A stretch of 39,066 bases of DNA from NCBI GenBank assembly GCA_016839945.1, contig JAEOTE010000159.1, positions 1-39,066 of the forward strand, in the 5' to 3' direction. The stretch is from Candidatus Heimdallarchaeota archaeon. GTDB lineage: Archaea; Asgardarchaeota; Heimdallarchaeia; Heimdallarchaeales; Heimdallarchaeaceae. Positions 17,192 to 26,250 of this stretch are shown in pieces; position 1 is the first letter of the stretch; each line of letters begins with the position of its first letter. The notes under the pieces were generated by a model that saw only the letters and a list, made by a program, of their open reading frames with translations, had not been told where the DNA came from and did not search any database. A program made the translations under genes and the position numbers.

Positions 17192-18577
17192 ATGTTCATT
17201 CAGAACAGAGATTCTCTTACGACTTCGGCGAGGAATGAAAAAGAGAAAGAAATTATTACAATGCTAGTTGATTTGATTGAAACTTCGTTAGAATTAGCGC
17301 AACCAATTCAACTATTGTCCTCCTCGATTTCTTTTGAAGGAGAATATATGCGATTAGAAGATAAGAAAATTAATTTCTCATCTTACGAAAAAATATTCCT
17401 CGTAGCTATTGGAAAAGCTTCTCAAACTATGGCAGAATGGTTCCTAAGACGTTCTCCTCTGTCTTTTTCTCGTATTATCATTGTATCACCATATGAAAAA
17501 ACCAATTTCATCACATCGAAAACTAATTGTACTTTCTATAAAACTGGACATCCAGTACCTGATAATGCTAGTGTTGAAGCTGCAGAACATGTTCTCTCTC
17601 TAATCCAATCTTTAAGTAGTAAAGATCTATGCCTTTTTCTAATTTCAGGAGGTGGAAGTTCTCTTTTTGAGATTCCTGATTTCAATTTAACTCTACCCAA
17701 CTATGTTTCACTAATAGATAAGCTACATCAAAGTGGGGTAGCGATAGATGAGCTCAATACAATTCGTAAGCATTTTTCCAAAATAAAAGGTGGAAAACTA
17801 GCAATTCAAACTGATGCTAACATCATCTCATTAATTATATCTGATGTAATAAGTGATAATCCCTCAACTATAGCATCAGGTCCAACTGCACCAGATAATT
17901 CAACTTGGGAAAATTGTTTTCAGATATTCAAAAAATATGAATTATATGACGATTTGCCTATCGAAATAATTACAATCATAGAAAATGGTTTGAAGAAGAA
18001 AATACCAGATACTCCTTCTGATGAAAAACTGTTTTTACATGTTCGGAATTATATTGTTGGGAATAACTCCAGAATTCTAAGAAGTATAGGGGATGTATTA
18101 AGTAAAGATTATTGTGTTGAATTTCTAGATTACCAAATTAAAGGTGAAGCTAAAGAAGCAGGAAGGATGCTAGCAAACATTGCACGTAGGAAATTTGAGG
18201 AAAGAAGTAAATGTAAATCTTCATTCTGTTTCATTATCTTTGGTGGGGAAACTACTGTTAGACTTTCTCCAAACAGTGGTATTGGGGGACGGAACCAAGA
18301 ATTAGCTTTGGAGTTTGCTTTACAAAATCAGGATAAATGTCCTATATATCTGGCATCTTTTGGAACTGATGGAATTGATGGTAACTCCACAGCTGCTGGT
18401 GCTATTGTGGGTCCTTTTACAATAATGAACCAAGAAGAATCAATATATGCATCTACAGAGCTAAATAAACACAATTCAAACCAATTTTTCAAATTAAAGG
18501 GTGGAGAAATAACAACAGGATACACTGGAACTAACTTAATGGATATTGGAATAATATGTATAGATGTGAGTGAGTAA
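17192..18577 (+). CDS. Glycerate 2-kinase (MOFRL family)
   Basis: IGKAS, GHPVP, LISGGGSSL, RKHFSKIKGG, SDV..IASGPT, GGETTV, GGRNQE, GTDGIDG, TGTNLMD. Confidence 0.93.
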   Translation: MFIQNRDSLTTSARNEKEKEIITMLVDLIETSLELAQPIQLLSSSISFEGEYMRLEDKKINFSSYEKIFLVAIGKASQTMAEWFLRRSPLSFSRIIIVSPYEKTNFITSKTNCTFYKTGHPVPDNASVEAAEHVLSLIQSLSSKDLCLFLISGGGSSLFEIPDFNLTLPNYVSLIDKLHQSGVAIDELNTIRKHFSKIKGGKLAIQTDANIISLIISDVISDNPSTIASGPTAPDNSTWENCFQIFKKYELYDDLPIEIITIIENGLKKKIPDTPSDEKLFLHVRNYIVGNNSRILRSIGDVLSKDYCVEFLDYQIKGEAKEAGRMLANIARRKFEERSKCKSSFCFIIFGGETTVRLSPNSGIGGRNQELALEFALQNQDKCPIYLASFGTDGIDGNSTAAGAIVGPFTIMNQEESIYASTELNKHNSNQFFKLKGGEITTGYTGTNLMDIGIICIDVSE

Positions 18578-18587
18578 TCCTACCTTC

Positions 18588-19208
18588 TTATTCCTTGAGA
18601 TTTTGTTGAAAATTTCTACTTTGGGTTGCTACAAATAAATCAGAAAGAGTTCTCTCAACCAAAACTCTTGCTGTATCTTTTTTACGACGAAAGTCTGAAA
18701 TCAGATTTTTTCCATATTCTATTTGCATAATTGTCCCATAAATTTCTTTCATGACTTCATAGAGTTTCTTAGCTTCCTCGATATCTCCCTCTACTAGCTT
18801 TTCTAATATGTATCTTCTAATTTCTCCAATTAAGTCTGCAATACCTAACAAATAAGCTTGCTCAGGAACATCTAGTTCTTCAATTGAGAGTAATTTTTGA
18901 TTAGTTATTAATTCATAGAAAAGTTTTGCTTCAGCATATTCTTGCATTGCTACATTTGTAATGTTTAACTGATAATAATGAAATCCCTTATCTATATAAT
19001 CTCTGATTTTTTTCAGTTTAGATTCTGCTTGATTAATTTTTTCCAAAGACTGATTGCTTTTATTTCTATGAAAACTCTCTATACTTTGACCTGATAATCT
19101 TATTGTTTCTCTAGAAAGTGTTAGCAATTCTTCTCTTAAGTTATCTAATCGAATCAATTCATTTTCTATTTGAGTTGCTATTTTTTGAAAATTAGAGACA
19201 TTTACCAT
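18588..19208 (-). CDS. Translin/TRAX (C3PO) family protein
   Basis: REELLTLSRE, QEYAEA, YLLGIADLIGEIRR, RRKKD. Confidence 0.88.
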   Translation of the reverse strand: MVNVSNFQKIATQIENELIRLDNLREELLTLSRETIRLSGQSIESFHRNKSNQSLEKINQAESKLKKIRDYIDKGFHYYQLNITNVAMQEYAEAKLFYELITNQKLLSIEELDVPEQAYLLGIADLIGEIRRYILEKLVEGDIEEAKKLYEVMKEIYGTIMQIEYGKNLISDFRRKKDTARVLVERTLSDLFVATQSRNFQQNLKE

Positions 19209-19330
19209 ATAAATCAGATTGACTTTAAAATAATATTACATATATCTTGTGTTTCCAAATAGACGCACGAAGAACAAAAATTTAATACTAGCGAAACATT
19301 GGAAAATTGAAAACAATTTGGACGATATAT

Positions 19331-20404
19331 ATGTTTCTTGCGCATTACTCTAGTCTTCTGAGAAAAATTGATCGAGCTCTACATACTTTTATGGATAACC
19401 ATATTGAAGCTGTTAAAGGAAGTCCATTTCTTGAATACTATTATAAAAAAATAAATGACTTTCTTTTCACAGGGGGAAAAAGAATAAGACCAATACTTTT
19501 AACAGATTCATTCTTATCTATTGCTTCACACAAAGATGATGAAAGAATAATTCCTACATCACTTTCTCTTGAGTTATTACACAATGCTAGTTTAATTCAT
19601 GACGATATCATGGATAAAGCTGACATTAGGAGAGGTGAGAAGACATTTCATATTTCACTACAGGATTATGCAAATGAAAAATATTCTAATACCAATACTA
19701 ATACTGATGATTTTGGTATTTCTATGGGGATTTTGGGTGGAGATTTTACATATAATCTGGCCTATAAAGCGATAAACACAACAGACTTTCCTCCTGAGGT
19801 CACTTTAAAAGCAGCAATTGAGTTCAATGATGGTTTTTTTCAAATAGTTCAAGGAGTAATAATAGAAACAGAATTTATGGGTAGGTTTACAGTTACTGAA
19901 GATGAATATTACACAATGATTAAAGGTAAAACAGCTGCTTTATTTGAAAAAGCTGCTAGAATCGGCGCTATATTTGCGGAAGGCACTGAATCGCAGATAA
20001 ACGCTTTAGGTAAGTTTGGATTAACTGCTGGAGTTGCTTTTCAAATAGTAGATGATATTATCGGAACCTTCGGAAATCCTAAAAAAACTGGGAAACCGGT
20101 AGACAGCGATTTAAAAGAAGGAAAGAAAACTATTCTAACAATTAAGGCTATTGAAGAAGCAGATGAAAAACAGAGAAAAACTTTATCAAAAATAGTTGGT
20201 AATCAAGCTGCTAATAATGCAGAAATTAATGAAGCTAGGGACATCATAAAAGAAACTGGAGCATTAGATTACTCAAGAAATAAAGCTAACAGTCTTTATC
20301 AACAATGCATTGCTTTTCTTGATGAAGTAGAACCAAAAATAGATGAAAAATATAAGAGTCATCTTACAGAAATCGCAAAATTGGGTGTTAAAAGGGAGAA
20401 ATAA
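19331..20404 (+). CDS. Polyprenyl (geranylgeranyl) diphosphate synthase
   Basis: GGKRIRP, LIHDDIMD..RRG (FARM), GKTA, FQIVDDI (SARM), GKPVDSDLKEGKKT. Confidence 0.93.
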   Translation: MFLAHYSSLLRKIDRALHTFMDNHIEAVKGSPFLEYYYKKINDFLFTGGKRIRPILLTDSFLSIASHKDDERIIPTSLSLELLHNASLIHDDIMDKADIRRGEKTFHISLQDYANEKYSNTNTNTDDFGISMGILGGDFTYNLAYKAINTTDFPPEVTLKAAIEFNDGFFQIVQGVIIETEFMGRFTVTEDEYYTMIKGKTAALFEKAARIGAIFAEGTESQINALGKFGLTAGVAFQIVDDIIGTFGNPKKTGKPVDSDLKEGKKTILTIKAIEEADEKQRKTLSKIVGNQAANNAEINEARDIIKETGALDYSRNKANSLYQQCIAFLDEVEPKIDEKYKSHLTEIAKLGVKREK

Positions 20405-20412
20405 CAAAACGA

Positions 20413-21213
20413 GTGTTTCATATGGAACTTCCTACAGCTGAAATAGTTTGTCTAGGTAATGAACTATTAATCGGTGTCACTGTAAATACTAATGCAACAT
20501 TTATTGGTGATAATTTAACGAAATTTGGTTATGAAGTAAGAAGGGTGACTTGTATAAGAGATGAACTTGCATTAGCAGTTGATTTTTTCCACGAACTATT
20601 CAATCGAAAACCAGATATTATAATTATTTCTGGTGGATTAGGACCTACATATGATGATATTCAATTGGAGGTTGTTTCTAAGGCAACAGGAATCCAGCTT
20701 CAAGAAAATTCGGAAGCTCTAGCAATGATTGAGACATATTATAATCAAAGAGGATTATCTCTCTCCAAAGAGCGTAGGAAGATGGCAAAGATGCCTATTG
20801 ATTCTACAGTGCTTCAGAATGATATTGGAGGTGCTCCTGGGTGCTTTTTGAGTTTTAATGATATGAGTATCTTTTGTTTACCTGGTGTTCCTTCAGAAAT
20901 GAAAGATATCTTTACAAAAAGAGTAGCACCTTTGTTGAAGGAGAAGAATCAAATTACATTTCATGAAAAGAAGTTCCAGGTTCTTAATTGCTTTGAAAGC
21001 CAATTAGCTCCTTATATCAATGAAGTGAAAAGTAAATTTTCTGAATTATATATAAAATCCCATCCTGCCCACGAATATAAATCTGGAATAGTGATTCACA
21101 TCTCTGGTGTTGGTGAAATTCAGAAAGAAAAAGTTCAGCAAGCTAACAAATTAATACAAGAATTATTTCAAAAACATCTAACTAAAATAAAAATTCAATC
21201 CTTTATGGAGTAG
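20413..21213 (+). CDS. CinA-like molybdopterin-binding-domain protein (nucleotide pyrophosphatase, no PncC domain)
   Basis: GNELLIG..NTNA, SGGLGPTYDD, KMA.MP, GGAPG, LPGVPSEM, YIKSHP. Confidence 0.88.
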   Translation: MFHMELPTAEIVCLGNELLIGVTVNTNATFIGDNLTKFGYEVRRVTCIRDELALAVDFFHELFNRKPDIIIISGGLGPTYDDIQLEVVSKATGIQLQENSEALAMIETYYNQRGLSLSKERRKMAKMPIDSTVLQNDIGGAPGCFLSFNDMSIFCLPGVPSEMKDIFTKRVAPLLKEKNQITFHEKKFQVLNCFESQLAPYINEVKSKFSELYIKSHPAHEYKSGIVIHISGVGEIQKEKVQQANKLIQELFQKHLTKIKIQSFME

Positions 21214-21218
21214 ATAAA

Positions 21219-21998
21219 ATGACAAAAAGAAGGTATGTTATATTCCTGTTGGGAACTGCCGGAAGTGGAAAAACAGTTCTGACAAAAACATTGTATGATT
21301 GGTTTGATCAAAAGAACTTAGATGTTGCTACATTAAATTTGGATGCAGGAGTAAGAAGATTACCTTACAACCCTGATATTGATGTTAGAGACCTTGTAAA
21401 TATTGATAATCTAACGGAAAAGCTAAATCTTGGTCCAAATGGGGCAATGATTGCTAGCATGGATTTGATTGCAACAAAAATAGATGATGTTAGATCTGAA
21501 ATCGATTACATCGAACCAGAATATCTACTAGTTGATACTCCGGGACAAATCGAGCTCTTTGCATATAGAAGTAGTGGTCGATTAGTTTCCTCTGTAATCT
21601 CTGATGATAGCCAGCCAGCTTCAGTTTTTTTGATAGATCCTTCTATCGTACTTCGTCCTGAAGGATTTTCTAGCCTTTTATTACTTAGTGTTTCAGTTGC
21701 GTTTCAACTTTCTTTACCACAGATAGTTTCTATTTCAAAAGAAGATATTATTGAGAAGGAACAAATGGAGAATCTAGAAAATTGGATTGATTCACCTGAA
21801 ACATTGTTAACAAACTTACAAGGGAGTGGTCAAGTTACTCTTTCTCAGCAACTAGGGATGAGTATTATAGAAATTCTAGAACAGTTCAAATTTACTGGAG
21901 AACTTTTTCCAATTAGTGCAAATACTGGTTATAACATAGACACATTGGTTGGATTAATAGAAAGGGAGTGGGGAGAAAGAGATGATTTCTATGAATAA
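21219..21998 (+). CDS. GPN-loop GTPase
   Basis: GTAGSGKT, NLD, LGPNGA, DTPGQIELF, SKED, ISA. Confidence 0.93.
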   Translation: MTKRRYVIFLLGTAGSGKTVLTKTLYDWFDQKNLDVATLNLDAGVRRLPYNPDIDVRDLVNIDNLTEKLNLGPNGAMIASMDLIATKIDDVRSEIDYIEPEYLLVDTPGQIELFAYRSSGRLVSSVISDDSQPASVFLIDPSIVLRPEGFSSLLLLSVSVAFQLSLPQIVSISKEDIIEKEQMENLENWIDSPETLLTNLQGSGQVTLSQQLGMSIIEILEQFKFTGELFPISANTGYNIDTLVGLIEREWGERDDFYE

Positions 21999-22020
21999 GA
22001 GTTACAGAGATTAGAAGTAG

Positions 22021-22794
22021 TTATTTTCCATACCGTCTTTTTCTGCCTTGAAATGTTCTAATAGCTCTCCACAAATCTATTTTGCGGAATAATGGCCAAA
22101 AAACATCAGCAAAATAGTACTCAGAATAAGCTGCTTGCCACAAGAGAAAACCAGATAGTCGTTCTTCTCCTGAAGATCTAATTATTAAATCAGGATCTGG
22201 AACACCCACTGTATATAAATGAGATGCAATCAAATCCTCATTAACATCATTCAAATCAATTTCATTGTTTTTTGCTTTTACAATTATATCTTTCAAAGCA
22301 TCAACAATTTCAGCTCGACCACCATATGCCATACAGAGATTAAATCTAAATTTATTATAATTCCCTGTAGCTTTCTCTGTTTTCTTTATCTCCTCCTGTA
22401 CTTCAGATGGTAGTAAATTTATTCTCCCCAGCACTTTAAGTTGTATTTGGTTGTTATGAACTCTTTTATCTTCTCTAAATTTCTGAAGATATTCCTTTGC
22501 TAGTTGCATTATAGATTTAACTTGGCTATCAGGTCTTGTAAAATTATCAGTTGAAAAAACCCAACATGTTATGATCTTTACTCCTAGTTCCCAACACCAA
22601 TCTAGAACTTCTTCTAGCTTTTGTGCACCTAAATGGTAACCTTCTTCATATTCTACCCCAAGTTTTTGACTCCCTCTTCTATTCCCATCTAAGATGATTG
22701 CTATATGTTCAGGAATTGGTTGATTCCTTATCTCTGCAGCAAGTTTTCTCTCATATAATCTGTAAATAAATTTACGTGGTAGTAGATTCATCAT
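22021..22794 (-). CDS. uppS: cis-prenyltransferase (undecaprenyl/polyprenyl diphosphate synthase)
   Basis: HIAIILDGNRR, FSTDNFTR, YGGRAEI, DPDLIIRSSGEERLSGFLLWQ, RRYGK. Confidence 0.96.
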   Translation of the reverse strand: MMNLLPRKFIYRLYERKLAAEIRNQPIPEHIAIILDGNRRGSQKLGVEYEEGYHLGAQKLEEVLDWCWELGVKIITCWVFSTDNFTRPDSQVKSIMQLAKEYLQKFREDKRVHNNQIQLKVLGRINLLPSEVQEEIKKTEKATGNYNKFRFNLCMAYGGRAEIVDALKDIIVKAKNNEIDLNDVNEDLIASHLYTVGVPDPDLIIRSSGEERLSGFLLWQAAYSEYYFADVFWPLFRKIDLWRAIRTFQGRKRRYGK

Positions 22795-22916
22795 TGAACC
22801 TCTTATCTGTATCGTTAATTATTGTGGAAATAATCAATATTTAAAGAAATTGAATGATGGTTTTTAATAATTTAGCGAATACTATATAACCGTAAAGAAT
22901 CCTAATTATCATAGAA

Positions 22917-23372
22917 ATGACTGAAAAAGTCCTTAATATTTTAAGAAGGCAAAGTAAAAGGGTTTGTTGCGTCTCTGATGGTGATTTATTTGAGAAAATA
23001 CCCCCTTCCTCTATTGAATTTCTTCTTGAACAGATACAAGAAATTGGAAGTATAAGAAAAAACATAGTTATTTTTGATCATCAGTTAAAACCTGAAATCT
23101 CTAAATTCCTCATTAAGAATGGTTTTTCTCCTGTAATAGTCCCATCTGATAAGGATGTTTATTTCGCAATAGAATGTCTTGATATTGTAAATACTCAACA
23201 AGCAGATATTCTTTGCTTAGGGATTATAGAGACGACACAACTTCCAGTTGTGATCTCAGCTAGAGAAAAATTAGATATTCTACTTATCACACAAACAAAA
23301 GAAGATGCAAAAGACTATATGCCTTTTGTTGATTTTTTGGTTACTATCGAAGATCTATTGAAAACAAAATAA
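22917..23372 (+). CDS. NYN/PIN-like domain protein (TIGR00288-like), degenerate
   Basis: VSDG, IGSI, NGFSPVIVPSDKDVYFAIECLD, terminal VDFLVTIE. The usual SxDxDF motif is absent. Confidence 0.65.
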   Translation: MTEKVLNILRRQSKRVCCVSDGDLFEKIPPSSIEFLLEQIQEIGSIRKNIVIFDHQLKPEISKFLIKNGFSPVIVPSDKDVYFAIECLDIVNTQQADILCLGIIETTQLPVVISAREKLDILLITQTKEDAKDYMPFVDFLVTIEDLLKTK

Positions 23373-23385
23373 AAAAGTTCTATTT

Positions 23386-24297
23386 CTAAATTAATCCTTT
23401 TTCCACAAGAAGTCTAAATTCTTCCATAGATAGGTTTTCACCTTTATCGTATTTCGCATAAGCTTTTTGAGTGCTTTCCTCAACATCAGTTTTTAGTTTC
23501 TCTCGCATTTCTTTTCTAACTTTTTGTTTAAAATCTCTCAATTGATTACGTAATTCATTTTTTTCTGAAACTTTTGAAAGAAAATCACGATGAAAACTAT
23601 CTGCTATTTTTTTGTTTTTAAGAAAAAGCTTCTGATGTTCTCTTTCTAGTTTCCTTAATGAGTTTACTTGATGATAATGCTGATTCATTAGATTATGATA
23701 TATCTGGGATTCCTTTGCATAATCAATTATCTGATTATATAAATTGTTAACTTGCTTTTGAAAAGAAGCGATTTCTCTCCACATACTAGTTTGTCGAGTT
23801 GTAATATGAACTTGTTCTGCAATTTTATTTAACTGTTCAGAGTATTTTTCTAGTAATTGAACCATTTCCTTCTCTTGATCTGGAGTTAAGACGCTAGTTT
23901 GTAGCTCCCATTCTAGTTTGTCTATTTTACTATTCAAACCTCTCATTTGTTTTCTCTTTCGTTGAATATCTGCTTTGTTAGTAATTTCTTCTTTCTCGAT
24001 TATCTCATCTAGTGTTTTTTTGTTTTCCTGTAAAGTGTTTTGAATTTCTTTTCTTCTTTCTTTCAATTGCTTAACTTGAATATTTAACTCATCGCGACTT
24101 TTTTTATTTTCTTTTGCTTTATCAAGGAGTTCGTTAATTTGCTTAATAGTTTCATTACGCTTAGAGAGATTTTCTTTTGTAAGCTGATTGTGTTCATTTC
24201 TTTGCTTAGAAAGAGATCTAATCTCTTCCTCTAACTTTCCTAGCCTCACGATTAAATCCTCACTTTTATCATGATTATCATTTATCTTGTTCAACAA
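23386..24297 (-). CDS. Conserved archaeal coiled-coil protein (COG1340-like)
   Basis: Heptads throughout, IDKLEWELQTSVLTPDQEKEMV, C-terminal GENLSMEEFRLL. Confidence 0.8.
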   Translation of the reverse strand: MLNKINDNHDKSEDLIVRLGKLEEEIRSLSKQRNEHNQLTKENLSKRNETIKQINELLDKAKENKKSRDELNIQVKQLKERRKEIQNTLQENKKTLDEIIEKEEITNKADIQRKRKQMRGLNSKIDKLEWELQTSVLTPDQEKEMVQLLEKYSEQLNKIAEQVHITTRQTSMWREIASFQKQVNNLYNQIIDYAKESQIYHNLMNQHYHQVNSLRKLEREHQKLFLKNKKIADSFHRDFLSKVSEKNELRNQLRDFKQKVRKEMREKLKTDVEESTQKAYAKYDKGENLSMEEFRLLVEKGLI

Positions 24298-24426
24298 ATC
24301 AGCTCAAGAGAGGAAGAATCTACTGTTTTTAAAGATTTTTCGTCATATGACACTAATATAATTACTAATAGCTAGTTTTTAAGCAAACTAAAAAATGAAG
24401 TTATGAATTTTAACTATAAAATCAAA

Positions 24427-24816
24427 TCAGCTTAATTGTCTTTCTACTTCTTGTCCAGCTCTAGCCATATCTAAGAAGACTAAACCTAGTTTTGCCTCTT
24501 TCCTAGCGCTAACAGTCAATACTGCATTTTGGCCTGCAGCTATAGTGATAATATAGCCATATGCTCCCTCGATAAAGATTTTCTCTAGCTCTCCTCTCTG
24601 CATCTCTTGAGCTACTCTTTCTCCTAAAGATAACATTGCTGCTGTCATCGCTGCTAAACGTGCTTCTTCTATCTCTTGAGGAAGAACAGATGCTATAGGT
24701 AATCCTTCAATAGATACAATAGCTGCACTTTCTATTTCTGGTACTTTTATTTTCAAATCGCTTAAAGTTGTTTTCAACTCATTTGTTTTGTTTTCAAATG
24801 TTATTCCAAACGCCAT
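24427..24816 (-). CDS. Roadblock/LC7 (MglB-like) domain protein
   Basis: IESAAIVSIEGLPIAS, LAAMTAAMLSLGER, GELEKIFIEG, AKLGLVFLDM. Confidence 0.93.
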   Translation of the reverse strand: MAFGITFENKTNELKTTLSDLKIKVPEIESAAIVSIEGLPIASVLPQEIEEARLAAMTAAMLSLGERVAQEMQRGELEKIFIEGAYGYIITIAAGQNAVLTVSARKEAKLGLVFLDMARAGQEVERQLS

Positions 24817-24930
24817 TTGGATTACCTACGTTTTTGATACCTTTCTTTAACTTATAAACAAAGCTATTATTAGTACATTTATATCAACATTGCTTTTAAA
24901 TTTATTTGGTTGGGCAAAAACCCAGTATCT

Positions 24931-26133
24931 TCACATACTATCAATTATATCTATTTGCTGAAGAACAAAATCTCTTATTTGTTGTTCTGTTGGAATTTTT
25001 GATATAATTTTACCATTTTCCATAATTTTTTCCAGTTTTTTCTCCATAACTTCTTTGCACAAAGGACAGGTAATTTCTTCAACTGAAAATTCTTCACACA
25101 AATAAATTTGACATTTTGAACAGAAACCTACTTGTTTTCTAGCTGCAAACTTCCCTCTTTTTGCAATTGCTTTATCTTCAATTTCAACTATATCAAGAGC
25201 AAAGTCTACAGTTGGACTGTTAGATACATAAGTTCCAACACCAAATCCATCTGCAAAATCTCTATATTCTAGAACGGTTTCTTCAGTTAGTCCTCCACTT
25301 AGAAATATCTTTACATCTTCTCGTTTTCTCAATTTTAGTTCCCATTTGATTTCTTGTATAATTTCTATTAAATCTCCTCTTCTTGATCCCGGTGTATCTA
25401 ATCTGACTCCTGCTAGTTTCTCACCTAAAGCTTCTAAGGCTTGTAGAACTTCTACTCTTTCATCATTGAATGTATCCGATAATACAATCCTTGATACTGA
25501 TTTATCGATGCTTGAATCAAAGGATTTTGCTGCGTTACCAATACCCTCTTTTAACATAATAAGGGCATGAGGGATGGTTCCTGTTGCTGGTATTCCAAGT
25601 TTTTCAGCACTTAAGACACATGAAATACCATCAAAACCTGCAATATAGCAAGCTCTGTCAATAATCGGTGCAATAGCTGGTGGCATTCTTCTTATTCCAA
25701 AAGAAAGTAAAGAACGGTTCTGAGCTGCAATTCTAAGTTTTACAGCTGATGTTCCCACACCAGATTGAAAACAAAGATATCCTAACAAAGGCGTTTCAAA
25801 AATAGCAAAATCTCCATATGCTCCTTCAATGACTAGAAATGGAATTCTCACTCCATTTATATCTTTGTGAGGTAAAATTGTTCCTTCCTTAATTGCATAT
25901 ACATTCACATTTAGCTGAGCTTGAGAAAAGAGTTGTAGTACATCTTGAACTCCCAGAAACAATAATCTTTGCCCACCTCTTGGTATCCCTCCTGTTGTTA
26001 TTTCAGCCCAAACTCTAGTTTTATCTAGATTGTCTTTTATTAAACATTCTTTTGTTCTTAAGAAATAAACATCTGTAGTTTTACCTTGAATAATCTCCTC
26101 TTGTGTAGCAATCCAATTTTTGTTTTGAGCCAT
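24931..26133 (-). CDS. pncB: Nicotinate phosphoribosyltransferase
   Basis: TTDVYFLRT, FETPLLG, SFGIRR, GTIPHAL, GVRLDTPGSRRG, SGG, DGFGVG, AKRGK; C-terminal CxxC..CxxC. Confidence 0.92.
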   Translation of the reverse strand: MAQNKNWIATQEEIIQGKTTDVYFLRTKECLIKDNLDKTRVWAEITTGGIPRGGQRLLFLGVQDVLQLFSQAQLNVNVYAIKEGTILPHKDINGVRIPFLVIEGAYGDFAIFETPLLGYLCFQSGVGTSAVKLRIAAQNRSLLSFGIRRMPPAIAPIIDRACYIAGFDGISCVLSAEKLGIPATGTIPHALIMLKEGIGNAAKSFDSSIDKSVSRIVLSDTFNDERVEVLQALEALGEKLAGVRLDTPGSRRGDLIEIIQEIKWELKLRKREDVKIFLSGGLTEETVLEYRDFADGFGVGTYVSNSPTVDFALDIVEIEDKAIAKRGKFAARKQVGFCSKCQIYLCEEFSVEEITCPLCKEVMEKKLEKIMENGKIISKIPTEQQIRDFVLQQIDIIDSM

Positions 26134-26250
26134 ATATTTACAACACACCTGATAGTAATTTAAGACTTATTCTATTGGGGAAATAAAAGGTAAGAATTTA
26201 GAGTAAAGTAATCTATAACTAAATATAATAGAAAAATGAAAAACCTCATC

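Noticed and set aside
23386-24297. Coiled-coil protein as SMC/Rad50 or phosphoserine phosphatase
   Set aside because: No Walker A/B or HAD motifs; fits the conserved archaeal coiled-coil family.
24911-24924. Small hairpin TGGG-CAAAAA-CCCA between pncB and the roadblock gene
   Set aside because: A 4-bp stem is too weak to call.
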